A stretch of 64,000 nt of DNA from Patescibacteria group bacterium (lineage in GTDB: Bacteria > Patescibacteriota > Microgenomatia > UBA8517), in NCBI GenBank assembly GCA_035291665.1, contig DATDRP010000001.1:223127-287126 (forward strand). The letters run 5' to 3'. Position numbers and translations under genes: made by a program. Below are positions 19,580 to 29,000 of the stretch, piece by piece. Under the pieces are notes generated by a model that was not told the DNA's origin, ran no database searches, and saw only the letters and a list, made by a program, of their open reading frames with translations. Within the stretch, counting starts at the first letter, position 1, and each line of letters opens with the position of its first letter.

Positions 19580-20989
19580 TTACTTTAAAGATGCGAACTT
19601 TGGTTCATACCCGCTTTCCTTTTCAAATTTTTCTCCCAAATTAAATAGCATTTCTTCACTAAACCGAGGTCCCATTAGCTGGAAACCCAAAGGAAGGCTT
19701 TCTTTTGAAAAACCAAAGGGAATTGCCAGAGACGGTATACCAGCCAGGTTTGCGGTGGCTGCGTAAATATCCGTAAGGTACATTTTCAAAGGATCGTTAA
19801 TTTTTTCTCCTAATTTAAAAGGCGGCGTGGGTGCAACGGGAGCGATAATCGCATCTACTTTTTTCAAAACATCGTCTACTTCGGATTTTATGATCGTACG
19901 TACTTTCATTGCTTTCAAATAATAAGCATCATAATATCCCGAAGACAATACAAACGATCCCAATATGATTCTTCTTTTGGCTTCACTACCAAATGAATCC
20001 CTTGAATTTCCATAGCGAATGCCATCGTATCTGCCAAGATTTGATGATACTTCGGCGGGCTGGATGATGTAGTAAACCGATAAACCGTATTTTGTATGGG
20101 GAAGGCTAATCTCAACCGTTTCCACTCCCAGATCTTTAAAAATTAAAATTGCTTTTTTAATATTATCTTCAACCGATTTATCAATACCCTTGACAAAAAA
20201 TTCCTTTGGTATTCCGATTCTTAATTTTTTATTTTTATCAAATATATAATCTGAAGTTTTCAGTGTAGAATCGTATCCATCCGGTCCTTTGGTTACGTTG
20301 AAAACTCTTCTTGCATCCTCAACAGTATTCGTGAGATGTCCGATAGAGTCCAGTGAAGATGCCATAGCCACAATCCCATATCTTGAAACCGAACCATAAG
20401 TCGGTTTGAATCCGACTTTATAGCAATAGTTAGCAGGCAAACGGATTGACCCGCAAGTATCAGTACCTGTTGTTACCTGACAAAATTGTGCTGCTAGTGA
20501 AGCACCCGACCCACTTGAGGATCCGCCGGGTGTGTAATCAAAATTCCAGGGATTTTTTGTGCTCCCGAAATCTGAATTCTCACCGCTCGAACCGTGCGCC
20601 CAGGCATCACAGTTCAACTTTCCTATCGTGATACAACCCGCTTTTTCCAGTCTTTCTACAACGGTTGCATTATAAGCCGGTATGTAGTTGTCAAGTACTT
20701 TTGATGCAGCAGTCGTTCGGACTCCTTTCGTTAAAAATAAATCTTTAAACGCGATAACTGTCCCTAAAAGTGGATACTCCTTTTCCGGATCCTTTGTACC
20801 TTCCGAAATTAACTTATCGATCCATCTCGCCTTCTCATAGGCGGCATTTTCGGTAATAGTAATAAAGGAATTAATATTATTATCAAACTTATTAATTCGA
20901 TCCAAAAAGTAATCCACCAAATTAACGGCTTTATAATTTCCTGATTTTAAATTATTGAGATTGTCTTTGATGCTTACAGAAGGAATCAT
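19580..20989 (-). CDS. gatA: Asp/Glu-tRNA amidotransferase subunit A (amidase signature)
   Basis: GGSSSGSGA amidase signature. 469 aa. Confidence 0.95.
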   Translation of the reverse strand: MIPSVSIKDNLNNLKSGNYKAVNLVDYFLDRINKFDNNINSFITITENAAYEKARWIDKLISEGTKDPEKEYPLLGTVIAFKDLFLTKGVRTTAASKVLDNYIPAYNATVVERLEKAGCITIGKLNCDAWAHGSSGENSDFGSTKNPWNFDYTPGGSSSGSGASLAAQFCQVTTGTDTCGSIRLPANYCYKVGFKPTYGSVSRYGIVAMASSLDSIGHLTNTVEDARRVFNVTKGPDGYDSTLKTSDYIFDKNKKLRIGIPKEFFVKGIDKSVEDNIKKAILIFKDLGVETVEISLPHTKYGLSVYYIIQPAEVSSNLGRYDGIRYGNSRDSFGSEAKRRIILGSFVLSSGYYDAYYLKAMKVRTIIKSEVDDVLKKVDAIIAPVAPTPPFKLGEKINDPLKMYLTDIYAATANLAGIPSLAIPFGFSKESLPLGFQLMGPRFSEEMLFNLGEKFEKESGYEPKFASLK

Positions 20990-20994
20990 ATTTA

Positions 20995-21321
20995 TTACAT
21001 TTCTTTATTTTCCAAAATCATTCCGACCTTGAAGTATCCGTTATAAACATTTCCCGATTGTGAAATAGCGTCATTTTGTGTGAGGGAAGGTCTTCGAATG
21101 TCTTTCCTTTTTTTATTAATTAGCCCTGTTGTTTGACTCGTGGGTTCAACCGATTCAGTATCAATTTCTGCAAGCTCATTTATATAGTTAATAACTTCAC
21201 CCAACTGTTTTGTAAAAATCTTAATTTCGCTTGCGTTCAAATTCAGCTTTGACAGCTTTGCAACATGTTCAATATTAATATTTTCGGATTTACTTGATTT
21301 CATCGCAGTCATAAAAACCAA
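20995..21321 (-). CDS. gatC: Asp/Glu-tRNA amidotransferase subunit C
   Basis: HVAKLSKLNL...FTKQLGEVINYINEL. 108 aa, immediately upstream of gatA. Confidence 0.8.
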   Translation of the reverse strand: MVFMTAMKSSKSENINIEHVAKLSKLNLNASEIKIFTKQLGEVINYINELAEIDTESVEPTSQTTGLINKKRKDIRRPSLTQNDAISQSGNVYNGYFKVGMILENKEM

Positions 21322-21492
21322 ACAAATATAACCATATATTAAACCGATAATGAGGTTTGCACAACGTCAGGAAGCACGTTATCTTTTTTTGACCATTTTG
21401 TTGGCGAAGTACAGTATGAGAATGGCGCCAAATAGGCTGACCCCGATCACAACTATACCCAGAGTGTATACCATCTTTTAAAGATAAACTAA

Positions 21493-22467
21493 TTACGCCA
21501 TTGATTCAAGTGCTTTTATCCGATCTTCTATCGGAGGGTGCGTGTTGAAAAGCCCCGAGAACCAGGATACCGCTCCTTTAATGTTACCTCTAAAAGGATT
21601 AACGATGTACAAATGGGCTGTTGCTTTATTGGCCGCCTCTAGAGGTTCGGTATCGCTCTCGAGTTTTTTTAGAGCGGAGATCATCGAATTAGGCTGTCTT
21701 GTTATTTCGACTGACCCTGCATCGGCCATAAATTCTCTTCTTCTTGAAATTGCCAATCTGATAAGCTGGGCAATAATCGGTGAAACGACTGCAAATATAA
21801 TCCCCAGAATCAATATTATTGCTCCGATTGATCCTTCATTGTCTGAATTTTTCCTTCCTCCGCCAAAATATCTTACCCTCAAAAGCCAATCTGCCATTAA
21901 AGCAATAATTCCTACCATTACGGATACGATAGACATCAAACGCATATCATAATTTTTAATATGTGATAATTCGTGAGCAAGAACTGCTTCCAGTTCGGAT
22001 CTGGTCATTTTATCCAAAAGTCCGGAGGTGGCACATATTACCGCATGGTCATAATCTCTTCCGGTGGCAAACGCATTAGGCGCAGAATCGTCGATTACAT
22101 ATATCTTGGGTTTCGGTAAACCCTGTGAGATGGCAAGGTTTTCGGTAACTGTGTAAAAATCGAAGTATTCTTTTCTATCAGCTTCTTTTGCTCCTGAAAT
22201 AGACAAAACTATTTTATCGCTGTAATAGTAGCTGACAAAGGTTGAAATACCTGAAAATGTTAAAGCGATTCCAAGGTATCCGAAACCACCGGGCTGATAC
22301 CCCATATAGATTCCAAAGGTTTGAGTCAGGATGTAAATAACAAAAGCAGCAAATAAGAAAAACCCAGCAATAACAATAAAACTTTTTATCTCATTAGACT
22401 GTCTAACCTCATAAATATTTTTCATATGTAGGCGTGCAAGAGTGGAAGAGCATAAGAAAATACCCAT
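21493..22467 (-). CDS. htpX: Membrane zinc metalloprotease HtpX (M48)
   Basis: HELSHIKNYD, with four transmembrane helices. Confidence 0.9.
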   Translation of the reverse strand: MGIFLCSSTLARLHMKNIYEVRQSNEIKSFIVIAGFFLFAAFVIYILTQTFGIYMGYQPGGFGYLGIALTFSGISTFVSYYYSDKIVLSISGAKEADRKEYFDFYTVTENLAISQGLPKPKIYVIDDSAPNAFATGRDYDHAVICATSGLLDKMTRSELEAVLAHELSHIKNYDMRLMSIVSVMVGIIALMADWLLRVRYFGGGRKNSDNEGSIGAIILILGIIFAVVSPIIAQLIRLAISRRREFMADAGSVEITRQPNSMISALKKLESDTEPLEAANKATAHLYIVNPFRGNIKGAVSWFSGLFNTHPPIEDRIKALESMA

Positions 22468-22507
22468 AAAAATAAAAAAACTAATGCCCCCCCTTTGTCC
22501 TTCTGAT

Positions 22508-23092
22508 TTACTCTAAATTTACTTTCGGTGTTTTTGTAGACTCGCGGGTAACTTTTGTTGCTTCACCTGCCTCGTCCATTTTCAATCCTTCTACTTCCGA
22601 AAAACCGAACATATTAGCGATTACATTAGATGGAAAAGTCGCCCTTTTAACGTTAAAGTCGGCACTCAAATCGATCAAAAGTCTCCGGGCGTACATCACT
22701 TTATCTGATGTGTCGCGAAGCTCATTCATAAGATTTTGAACGACTTCCGAGCCTTTAATTTCAGGATTGCTTTCGACGACTACTTTAATATCAGGAAGCA
22801 TTCCTGCAAGCTTCGCTCCTGCATCCGCCATTTTCTGGAGATCGCCTGATTCGACGGCTCTATTGATTGCCTTTCTGGCGTCAGCCAACTTTTCAAATAT
22901 TCCTTTTTCGTGTTTAAGATATCCTTTTGCTGACGATTCCAAATTCGGAATCAATTCAGATTGACGCTTTAGTTGGTTTCCAATTTCTTGAATTGAAGCC
23001 TTGATCCTGGCTTTACTCGAAACAAAAAAGTTGTAAACCGAAACTGCATAAAAGAATAATAATGCGAGTGGAATTACAAGTATCCAAATCAT
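22508..23092 (-). CDS. lemA: LemA family protein
   Basis: N-terminal transmembrane helix plus the LemA domain. Conserved pairing with htpX. Confidence 0.85.
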   Translation of the reverse strand: MIWILVIPLALLFFYAVSVYNFFVSSKARIKASIQEIGNQLKRQSELIPNLESSAKGYLKHEKGIFEKLADARKAINRAVESGDLQKMADAGAKLAGMLPDIKVVVESNPEIKGSEVVQNLMNELRDTSDKVMYARRLLIDLSADFNVKRATFPSNVIANMFGFSEVEGLKMDEAGEATKVTRESTKTPKVNLE

Positions 23093-23105
23093 AAATTAAT
23101 CACCT

Positions 23106-23157
23106 CTCTCCGAGCCGGAGGCTCTCCGAGCCGGAGGCCTTTAAATGAAATAGGCCT
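23106..23157. repeat. Tandem 2x16-bp palindromic repeat (CTCTCCGAGCCGGAGG) plus a flanking AGGCCT-stem hairpin
   Basis: Units at 23106-23121 and 23122-23137, each a CTCCG-agc-CGGAG hairpin. The AGGCCT(n11)AGGCCT stem is at 23135-23157. These are GC-rich islands in AT-rich DNA, 14 nt upstream of the lemA start and overlapping its SD region (GAGAGGTGA on the minus strand). Confidence 0.5.
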
Positions 23158-23171
23158 TCTTGCTTCAGATA

Positions 23172-23420
23172 TTATTGAACCTCAAGCGATTTAATGAAAT
23201 TATACTTTTTATCACTATGGTTTTTCAATTGGTACTCAAACCATCGCGCGTTATTACGGGTTTCAAATGTTTTAAACCCAATCAATTTCAACGGTATTCT
23301 GTTTTTCGTAGAAATCACTTTTCCTTTATTGTGCAGCATTAGTCTTTTATTAATATTTTCTGTTTGACCTATGTAATATTTGTTATCCTTCAAACTTTTT
23401 AATAAATATACATAAAACAT
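23172..23420 (-). CDS. GIY-YIG nuclease superfamily protein (YhbQ/UPF0213-like)
   Basis: FYVYLLKS..DNKYYIGQTENINKRLMLHNKGK. 82 aa. Confidence 0.8.
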   Translation of the reverse strand: MFYVYLLKSLKDNKYYIGQTENINKRLMLHNKGKVISTKNRIPLKLIGFKTFETRNNARWFEYQLKNHSDKKYNFIKSLEVQ

Positions 23421-23436
23421 TTTAATTTGTGAATTT

Positions 23437-25248
23437 TTATTTTAATAGCAAATTTTTTATTTCCTCTAAACTTTTTGCAGTAATAATATTTTTCTTTTCT
23501 GCCCAACCGCGCCTGGCAACGTAGACTGCATACTTCATATTATCCATGTGGTCAGCGTGATGAGCATCAGTACCTGTTGTTAGTAGAATTCCCATTTTCA
23601 CCGCTTCATGAATAAGATAGTCGGGCAAATCCAACCTCATCGGATCAGCATTAATCTCCAGATACTTATGATTTTTAAGACAGAATTTGAATATTAATTC
23701 CCAATCAACGTCTATTCCCTCGCGTTCATTCAACTTCCTTCCTGTCGGATGAGCGAATATTTTAACTTTCGGGTGCGATAAAGCACCGATGACCCTTTTG
23801 GTTGCTTCTTTTTTGGTTTGTTTAAAGCTTGAATGAATTGATACAAGTGCAAAATCCAAAATATCCAAACAAGATTCTGTTATGGGAATATTCCCATCGG
23901 ATAAAATATCTATTTCGAGGCTATTGAATACATATTTTACGCTTTGTTTTTCATCTAATGAGTAATTAACTTTATCAATTATTTCTTTACGTTTTTGAAG
24001 AAGACTCCTTATCTGAGAACTATTATGGCTGCCCATCGAAGGGTTGTGATCAGTTAATGCCAGATATTCGTATCCAAGAAGATTCGCTTTTTTAACTAGT
24101 TCTGTCATAGATGACAACCCCAAATCATGACTAGTTTGAGTATCGAAGTCACTATGAATCTGAAGATCGCCTTTGATGTCGGATAAATTAATGAGGTCTG
24201 GAAGCTTTCCATCAAGCGCAGCTTTTATTTCCCCACTGTCCTCCCTCAACTCTGGCGGAATCCAATCAAGTCCCAGATAATTATAAAAGCCTTCCTCATT
24301 TTCGAATTCTTTCACTTTTTCGCTATTAACTATTTTTATTCCGTATTCGCTTAAACTTAGGCTTGGTTTTAGGCTTCTTGCATATTCACGTAAAGCGATG
24401 TTATGGTGTTTGCTGCCCGTAAAGTGCTGAAGAACCGATCCATATTGACCAGGAGGACAAACCATTAAGTCAACTTGTATGTTCCCCGGAATAATAATTG
24501 AGGCTGTTTTATCCCCTTTTTCCAAAATTCTGGATTTATTTTTATAATTACAGAAATGTCCGATTGTTATTGACGGTTTTGTCGTCGCACAGGCAATGTC
24601 AATGTCTCCCACTGTAGATGCTTTCCTGCGAAGACTACCAAGTGCATCGACTTCCCGAACATTCAAATCTTCTTTCATCCACGAAATAATATTCGAGGCT
24701 ATTTCTTCAGCGTAGTTGAGAAGGTGCCGTTTTTCCCTTGATGAGTACTCTTTGATTGATTTGATGATGCTTTCCTGGGAATCGGCTCCGAATCCCTCAA
24801 GTATTTCGATCTTCCCTTTTTCTGCGGCTTTTAAGAGTTTCGAAACTGCATTGGGGGATTTTATTTCAAGTAAGGTCACAAGTTGATATGCCGTCTTCGG
24901 ACCCACGCCTTCAATCGGTAAAAGTTCAAATACCGCATCGGGTATTCCTTTGAAAAGTTCATCAAAATGTTTTGACTTTCCTGTAGAAAATATTTCTTTA
25001 AGATGTCCGGCAATTGATTTTCCAACTCCCGGAATTTCATCAAGTTTTCCGTCATCATATAAATCCTTTGCTTCAGAGCTCAAATGTTCAACAGCTGTTG
25101 CTGCTCGGTCATATGCAATGATTTGGAACTTGTACTTATTTTTATCCTTAATCTGATATGCAGCCGAAACATCTTCCAATAGATTTGAAAGATCAATATT
25201 GTTAATGTTTTTTGAGATTTTTACCATAATCATATTGTATATCAGCAT
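23437..25248 (-). CDS. polX: Family X DNA polymerase with PHP domain (PolX)
   Basis: HhH motifs and a Pol-beta-like nucleotidyltransferase core (GSLRR..TVGDIDI). C-terminal PHP phosphoesterase (HAHP...TDHN). Confidence 0.85.
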   Translation of the reverse strand: MLIYNMIMVKISKNINNIDLSNLLEDVSAAYQIKDKNKYKFQIIAYDRAATAVEHLSSEAKDLYDDGKLDEIPGVGKSIAGHLKEIFSTGKSKHFDELFKGIPDAVFELLPIEGVGPKTAYQLVTLLEIKSPNAVSKLLKAAEKGKIEILEGFGADSQESIIKSIKEYSSREKRHLLNYAEEIASNIISWMKEDLNVREVDALGSLRRKASTVGDIDIACATTKPSITIGHFCNYKNKSRILEKGDKTASIIIPGNIQVDLMVCPPGQYGSVLQHFTGSKHHNIALREYARSLKPSLSLSEYGIKIVNSEKVKEFENEEGFYNYLGLDWIPPELREDSGEIKAALDGKLPDLINLSDIKGDLQIHSDFDTQTSHDLGLSSMTELVKKANLLGYEYLALTDHNPSMGSHNSSQIRSLLQKRKEIIDKVNYSLDEKQSVKYVFNSLEIDILSDGNIPITESCLDILDFALVSIHSSFKQTKKEATKRVIGALSHPKVKIFAHPTGRKLNEREGIDVDWELIFKFCLKNHKYLEINADPMRLDLPDYLIHEAVKMGILLTTGTDAHHADHMDNMKYAVYVARRGWAEKKNIITAKSLEEIKNLLLK

Positions 25249-25303
25249 TCAAAATTTTCTTCTTATTGCTTATTACTTGAATATGTTCTAAATTTATTTT
25301 TTA

Positions 25304-25654
25304 ATGGCAGCACGTCCGGAGAATGATCAATATTCAACTACAATAAATTGGAAAAGCAACAAACAGGAAATATTGGGTCGAAAAGGTCCGGCAAACGATA
25401 GTGAATTTGGTGGTATAGTGATAAACCCGGGAAATGATTTGCAAATAAGAATTGAGGCTGACACTTTGATTTTAACCTCAAATCGAACAACCATATTCTT
25501 AAATTTTCCGGAATCTGTACAAAACACTCTTCAGAAAATGACCCCCACACCAAAATCATTGCTCAAGGTTCAGGGATATTTCATGCAATCAGACCTTCCG
25601 GAAGAAATTAAAAATGCTGTCATTGAGATGTTCAACGTCTTTGATAATATTTGA
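25304..25654 (+). CDS. Hypothetical protein
   Basis: 116-aa ORF with no recognisable motif. Confidence 0.3.
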   Translation: MAARPENDQYSTTINWKSNKQEILGRKGPANDSEFGGIVINPGNDLQIRIEADTLILTSNRTTIFLNFPESVQNTLQKMTPTPKSLLKVQGYFMQSDLPEEIKNAVIEMFNVFDNI

Positions 25655-25735
25655 GAGTTTTCGAGTCTCGAAACAGAAAAAATTTATTCCCGAAGTTATC
25701 TTGACCAAGGGGGCTTCATATAGTTAAATTAGCAC

Positions 25736-26056
25736 ATGGCACTTACAAAGACAGATATAGACAGGATAGATAAAAGATTTAATAGACGCTTGAAAAAACA
25801 AAAAGTAGAAATTCTTACTAAACTGGATTCGCAAAAAGAAGATATTCTGTTACGTATGGATTCACAAAAAGAAGATATTCTTGAAGAGATGGATAACAAA
25901 CTACAACACCTCAAAGGCGACTTTTTTGAGAGAATCGACCCGATACTTAAAGAAGTAATGACAGCAAGAGAAGAAAGACCTTTAATTGAAAATCGGCTTG
26001 AAATTTTAGAAAAAATTCATCCCAAAGGAAAACACATTTTATCATCCCAAACTTAA
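25736..26056 (+). CDS. Hypothetical coiled-coil protein with an internal tandem repeat
   Basis: 106 aa. The L(D/M)DSQKEDIL repeat is encoded by the 33-bp DNA tandem repeat. Confidence 0.35.
   Translation: MALTKTDIDRIDKRFNRRLKKQKVEILTKLDSQKEDILLRMDSQKEDILEEMDNKLQHLKGDFFERIDPILKEVMTAREERPLIENRLEILEKIHPKGKHILSSQT
25825..25890 (+). repeat. 33-bp tandem repeat (2 units) within a CDS
   Basis: GGATTCGCAAAAAGAAGATATTCTGTTACGTAT / GGATTCACAAAAAGAAGATATTCTTGAAGAGAT. Confidence 0.6.
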
Positions 26057-26066
26057 GCATATTAAG

Positions 26067-26100
26067 CTGAGTTTACGGATTCGACAATCCGATAGGTTGA
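26067..26100. repeat. Direct repeat copy A (degenerate tRNA-Asp 3'-end-like, att-like)
   Basis: ACGGATTCGACAATCCGATAGGTTGAATCG. About 30 nt shared with copy B at 27085-27117. Confidence 0.5.
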
Positions 26101-26226
26101 ATCGGAATACCAGAGGAACTGCGAACATACTGGACAGGCATTAGTATTCGAACTTCGAACTTTGTGGCATAAAATAAGTACTTTTGAGATTGGGAAAATC
26201 CAACAATTCCTCAATCCACAGTCTGC

Positions 26227-26967
26227 TTATTCTTTATCAGCTATTTGACTACTTTTCTTGTATCGAAGCCAAACACTACCTTTTGCCATTCGTTTTACAT
26301 CAGTCAAAAAGTAATCAGTAACATCTAGCGGTTCTTCAACTTTTCGTTCAAATAATGAAGGGGCGTTGCTTCTGTTTACAACTTTAGGAGTCATGAGGAG
26401 GCTGATTTCATCAATCATGTCAGCAGCCATGACTGATCCGTTTAGAAGTCCACCTCCTTCAAGCAGAAGAGTTTCCACATTCATTTTCTCTCTCATTGAA
26501 GCAAATAGTTTTGGAAAATCAATGTCTTCTTCTCCCGCAACCAAATAAGATATTTCCTTATCTTGCAAAGACTGGAGATATTCTTTTGGTGTAGCTTCTG
26601 TGACAACTATTACTAAGTGTAAAGGGTCGGCAACGTTTGAGAGTTTTATTGAGTTTTTTTCCCAGCGAAGCAATCCCTTTGTGTCGACCCCAAACATATA
26701 CAAGTTACCTTCGTGTTGAGCAATGAAGTCGGATGTGTCAATTTGTTGAGATGCAGTGGATAAGGGTTGTGCTTCACTACTTGCAAACATTTGCATTGTA
26801 ACTCTGCCACACATCCAAGCGGTATGGGAAGGAAGCATGTCTTCGGTTTCTGTGTATAGCCCAAAAAACTCATCGCTCATGATATCTACACCGTTTCCAC
26901 CAGTTATCTTTCCATCAATGGTGCTCATCATGTGACAAATGATATACGGTCTTTCTGCATTAGCCAT
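26227..26967 (-). CDS. Dihydrofolate reductase-family protein (RibD C-terminal domain)
   Basis: N-terminal IICHMMSTIDGKITG and C-terminal LLLEGGGLLNGSVMAADMIDEISLLMTPKV are RibD_C/DHFR-like. 246 aa. Confidence 0.65.
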   Translation of the reverse strand: MANAERPYIICHMMSTIDGKITGGNGVDIMSDEFFGLYTETEDMLPSHTAWMCGRVTMQMFASSEAQPLSTASQQIDTSDFIAQHEGNLYMFGVDTKGLLRWEKNSIKLSNVADPLHLVIVVTEATPKEYLQSLQDKEISYLVAGEEDIDFPKLFASMREKMNVETLLLEGGGLLNGSVMAADMIDEISLLMTPKVVNRSNAPSLFERKVEEPLDVTDYFLTDVKRMAKGSVWLRYKKSSQIADKE

Positions 26968-27075
26968 ATTGGAATTATATCAAGAAATAGCCGTTAAAGT
27001 CTCGTCCAAGTCTTTGGTTTATGAAGACAAAATGATGAGTGTTGATGCAGAGTTCAATGATGGCTAAACTAAGGT

Positions 27076-27117
27076 TTGCAGGGCTGACGGGATTCGACAA
27101 TCCGATAGGTTGAATCG
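27076..27117. repeat. Direct repeat copy B: 17-nt exact match to the tRNA-Asp 3' end plus a 30-nt match to copy A
   Basis: GGGCTGACGGGATTCGA at 27080-27096 is identical to tRNA-Asp positions 29270-29286. The following CAATCCGATAGGTTGAATCG is shared with copy A. Confidence 0.6.
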
Positions 27118-27223
27118 AAAGGCCGGCATGGAAGAACTGTAAAAGTATTAAGAGGGTTTGGAATATAAAATACGGAGCATCCCTTCAATAAAGTCAAAAG
27201 ATAACTAAGTCTCTTTCGGCACA

Positions 27224-27739
27224 CTACTCACCACCCACTTCTGTGATAATAGTCTTGAGCTTATTTCGTACGTCCTGATTGTATTTACCTGCTCTGCCAT
27301 CCTTGTTTATCTCAATTTCTAGCCCGGGAATGTTAAGTTTTTCAAGATGTTCGACAATAGTTATCTGGTCATTATCCCTGAAACCGGCTACAATTTCAGT
27401 GCTCAAAAGTTTGCCATATTCACGATAAAAGTATTCATTTGGATAATACTCCATCAAATTTCCTGAGTCCTTTCGTCCGTGGATATCGAAAACTACCTTA
27501 ATATTCTCTTTTTTTAGAATGCTATCGATTTTTTTACGAAACGGGGAATCTGTATACCAATTGGGGTCCTTCTGAATCTTTGTTGATACTAAAGCCCAAC
27601 ACTTTGTGGATTTAGCGAGCTTTCTTGCAATTTGACCTGTTCCAATATCACCTAGTTTTAAATTACCAGATCTTATTTGGGAATAAGCATGAGATGCAAT
27701 TAACAATACGGGTGTAGTACCTTTAATTAAATCCCACAT
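27224..27739 (-). CDS. Hypothetical protein, possibly N-formylglutamate amidohydrolase / succinylglutamate desuccinylase-like fold
   Basis: 171 aa. LLIASHAYSQ...GDIGTG...VFDIHGRK resembles the metal-site motifs of that fold. Weak. Confidence 0.4.
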   Translation of the reverse strand: MWDLIKGTTPVLLIASHAYSQIRSGNLKLGDIGTGQIARKLAKSTKCWALVSTKIQKDPNWYTDSPFRKKIDSILKKENIKVVFDIHGRKDSGNLMEYYPNEYFYREYGKLLSTEIVAGFRDNDQITIVEHLEKLNIPGLEIEINKDGRAGKYNQDVRNKLKTIITEVGGE

Positions 27740-27859
27740 TATATTGAGTATATCAATAATTCCGGTTATTTCAGGTAATAAACTAACCTAACATCAAATA
27801 CAGTAACTTTTATTCGTAAAATTATTTACAAAATCATCTTTGAGTGGGAAAATACTTTC

Positions 27860-28396
27860 GTGGTGGAACAAAAAACGAAAACAACAGATCCGCAAGGAGA
27901 GCTACTCACGCAGGTTAATGAGTATAATCAGGTAATAGGAAGTATAAGTAGGGGTGAAGCTCACGAAAAAAAAGGAGTTTTTTACCGGACAATTTATGTT
28001 TTGGTAAAAAACGATCAAGATCAAGTTCTTATTCAAAAAAGAAGTTCAACTAAAGATTTGTATCCAGACTGTTGGGACTTATCGGTTGGGGGGCATGTAA
28101 ATTTTGGTCAAAGCTACGAAGCAACGGCAGTAAGAGAACTAGAAGAAGAATTAGGCTTACATGTTTCAGAAGAAGACCTAATAACAAAAGGTAAGGTTTT
28201 AGTTAGACTTCCAAGTTCGGGTGAATACTTCAATGTTTTTGAATACAACCTAAAACCGAACGAGACTATCGCTGCTTCCGAAGAAGAAATTGGAGATACA
28301 AAATGGTTGACAATTGAAGAAATTAAGAACTCGATGAAAGATAAACCAATGAAATGGTATCCAAGACCGGAACAGACCATTGCTGCTTTATATTAA
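27860..28396 (+). CDS. NUDIX hydrolase
   Basis: Nudix box GGHVNFGQSYEATAVRELEEELGL. Confidence 0.8.
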   Translation: MVEQKTKTTDPQGELLTQVNEYNQVIGSISRGEAHEKKGVFYRTIYVLVKNDQDQVLIQKRSSTKDLYPDCWDLSVGGHVNFGQSYEATAVRELEEELGLHVSEEDLITKGKVLVRLPSSGEYFNVFEYNLKPNETIAASEEEIGDTKWLTIEEIKNSMKDKPMKWYPRPEQTIAALY

Positions 28397-28556
28397 ATTC
28401 CACCATTGACCCTAAAATCGTATTCAGAAGATCTAGTCTCGTTAAGTGTAAATAGTTTTTCGAAGCTAAAATTTTCTACCGGCTCTGGTTAACTATCTCC
28501 GGAACTTATATTTAACCTATCCATAACCGATTTATGTATAATCGAATTGATATTTT

Positions 28557-29000
28557 ATGGATATTGTAACAGAAACAATTAAACTTGGTTTCCCACTTGG
28601 TAGTTATGTAGTAATAGGAAGTGGTCATATTGTTGCTTTAGGACTTAAAGATGGACACGACATAGACATATTGGTTAAGAAAACGTTATTTGATAAATGT
28701 AAAAATGAGGGGTGGGAAGTTAAGAAGTGGACATACCCAGAAATGTTAGGCAAAATTTATTTAAGAAAAGGAATTTATGAACTCTATTTGGAGGCGAAAA
28801 TTGACGATTTCAAACCCACTACGGATGATTTAATTCAAAGAGCAGTGTTAATCGGTGGTGTCCCATTTGCTTCTCTCGAAGACATTCTTAAACTAAAAAG
28901 AGGTTATTTGAAGAATAATCCTAAACACTTAAAAGATATTGAGATAATTGAAAGATATTTGGCCTCAAAGAGTTCTACATCCCGTAAAGACTATGTTTAA
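28557..29000 (+). CDS. Hypothetical protein, possible minimal nucleotidyltransferase fold
   Basis: GSYVVIGSG...DGHDIDILV resembles the Pol-beta-superfamily GS...D.D motif. Weak. Confidence 0.35.
   Translation: MDIVTETIKLGFPLGSYVVIGSGHIVALGLKDGHDIDILVKKTLFDKCKNEGWEVKKWTYPEMLGKIYLRKGIYELYLEAKIDDFKPTTDDLIQRAVLIGGVPFASLEDILKLKRGYLKNNPKHLKDIEIIERYLASKSSTSRKDYV

Noticed and set aside
25729-25914. Minus-strand 61-aa ORF with an RISSFCES repeat
   Set aside because: It is the mirror image of the 33-bp tandem repeat on the plus strand and has no independent support.
26057-27223. Possibility that the tRNA-like repeats are tmRNA or another structured ncRNA
   Set aside because: Only a 17-30-nt match to the tRNA-Asp T-arm and acceptor 3' half is present. 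There is no 5' acceptor partner, no tag-peptide reading frame and no resume codon context. They are better explained as att-site remnants.
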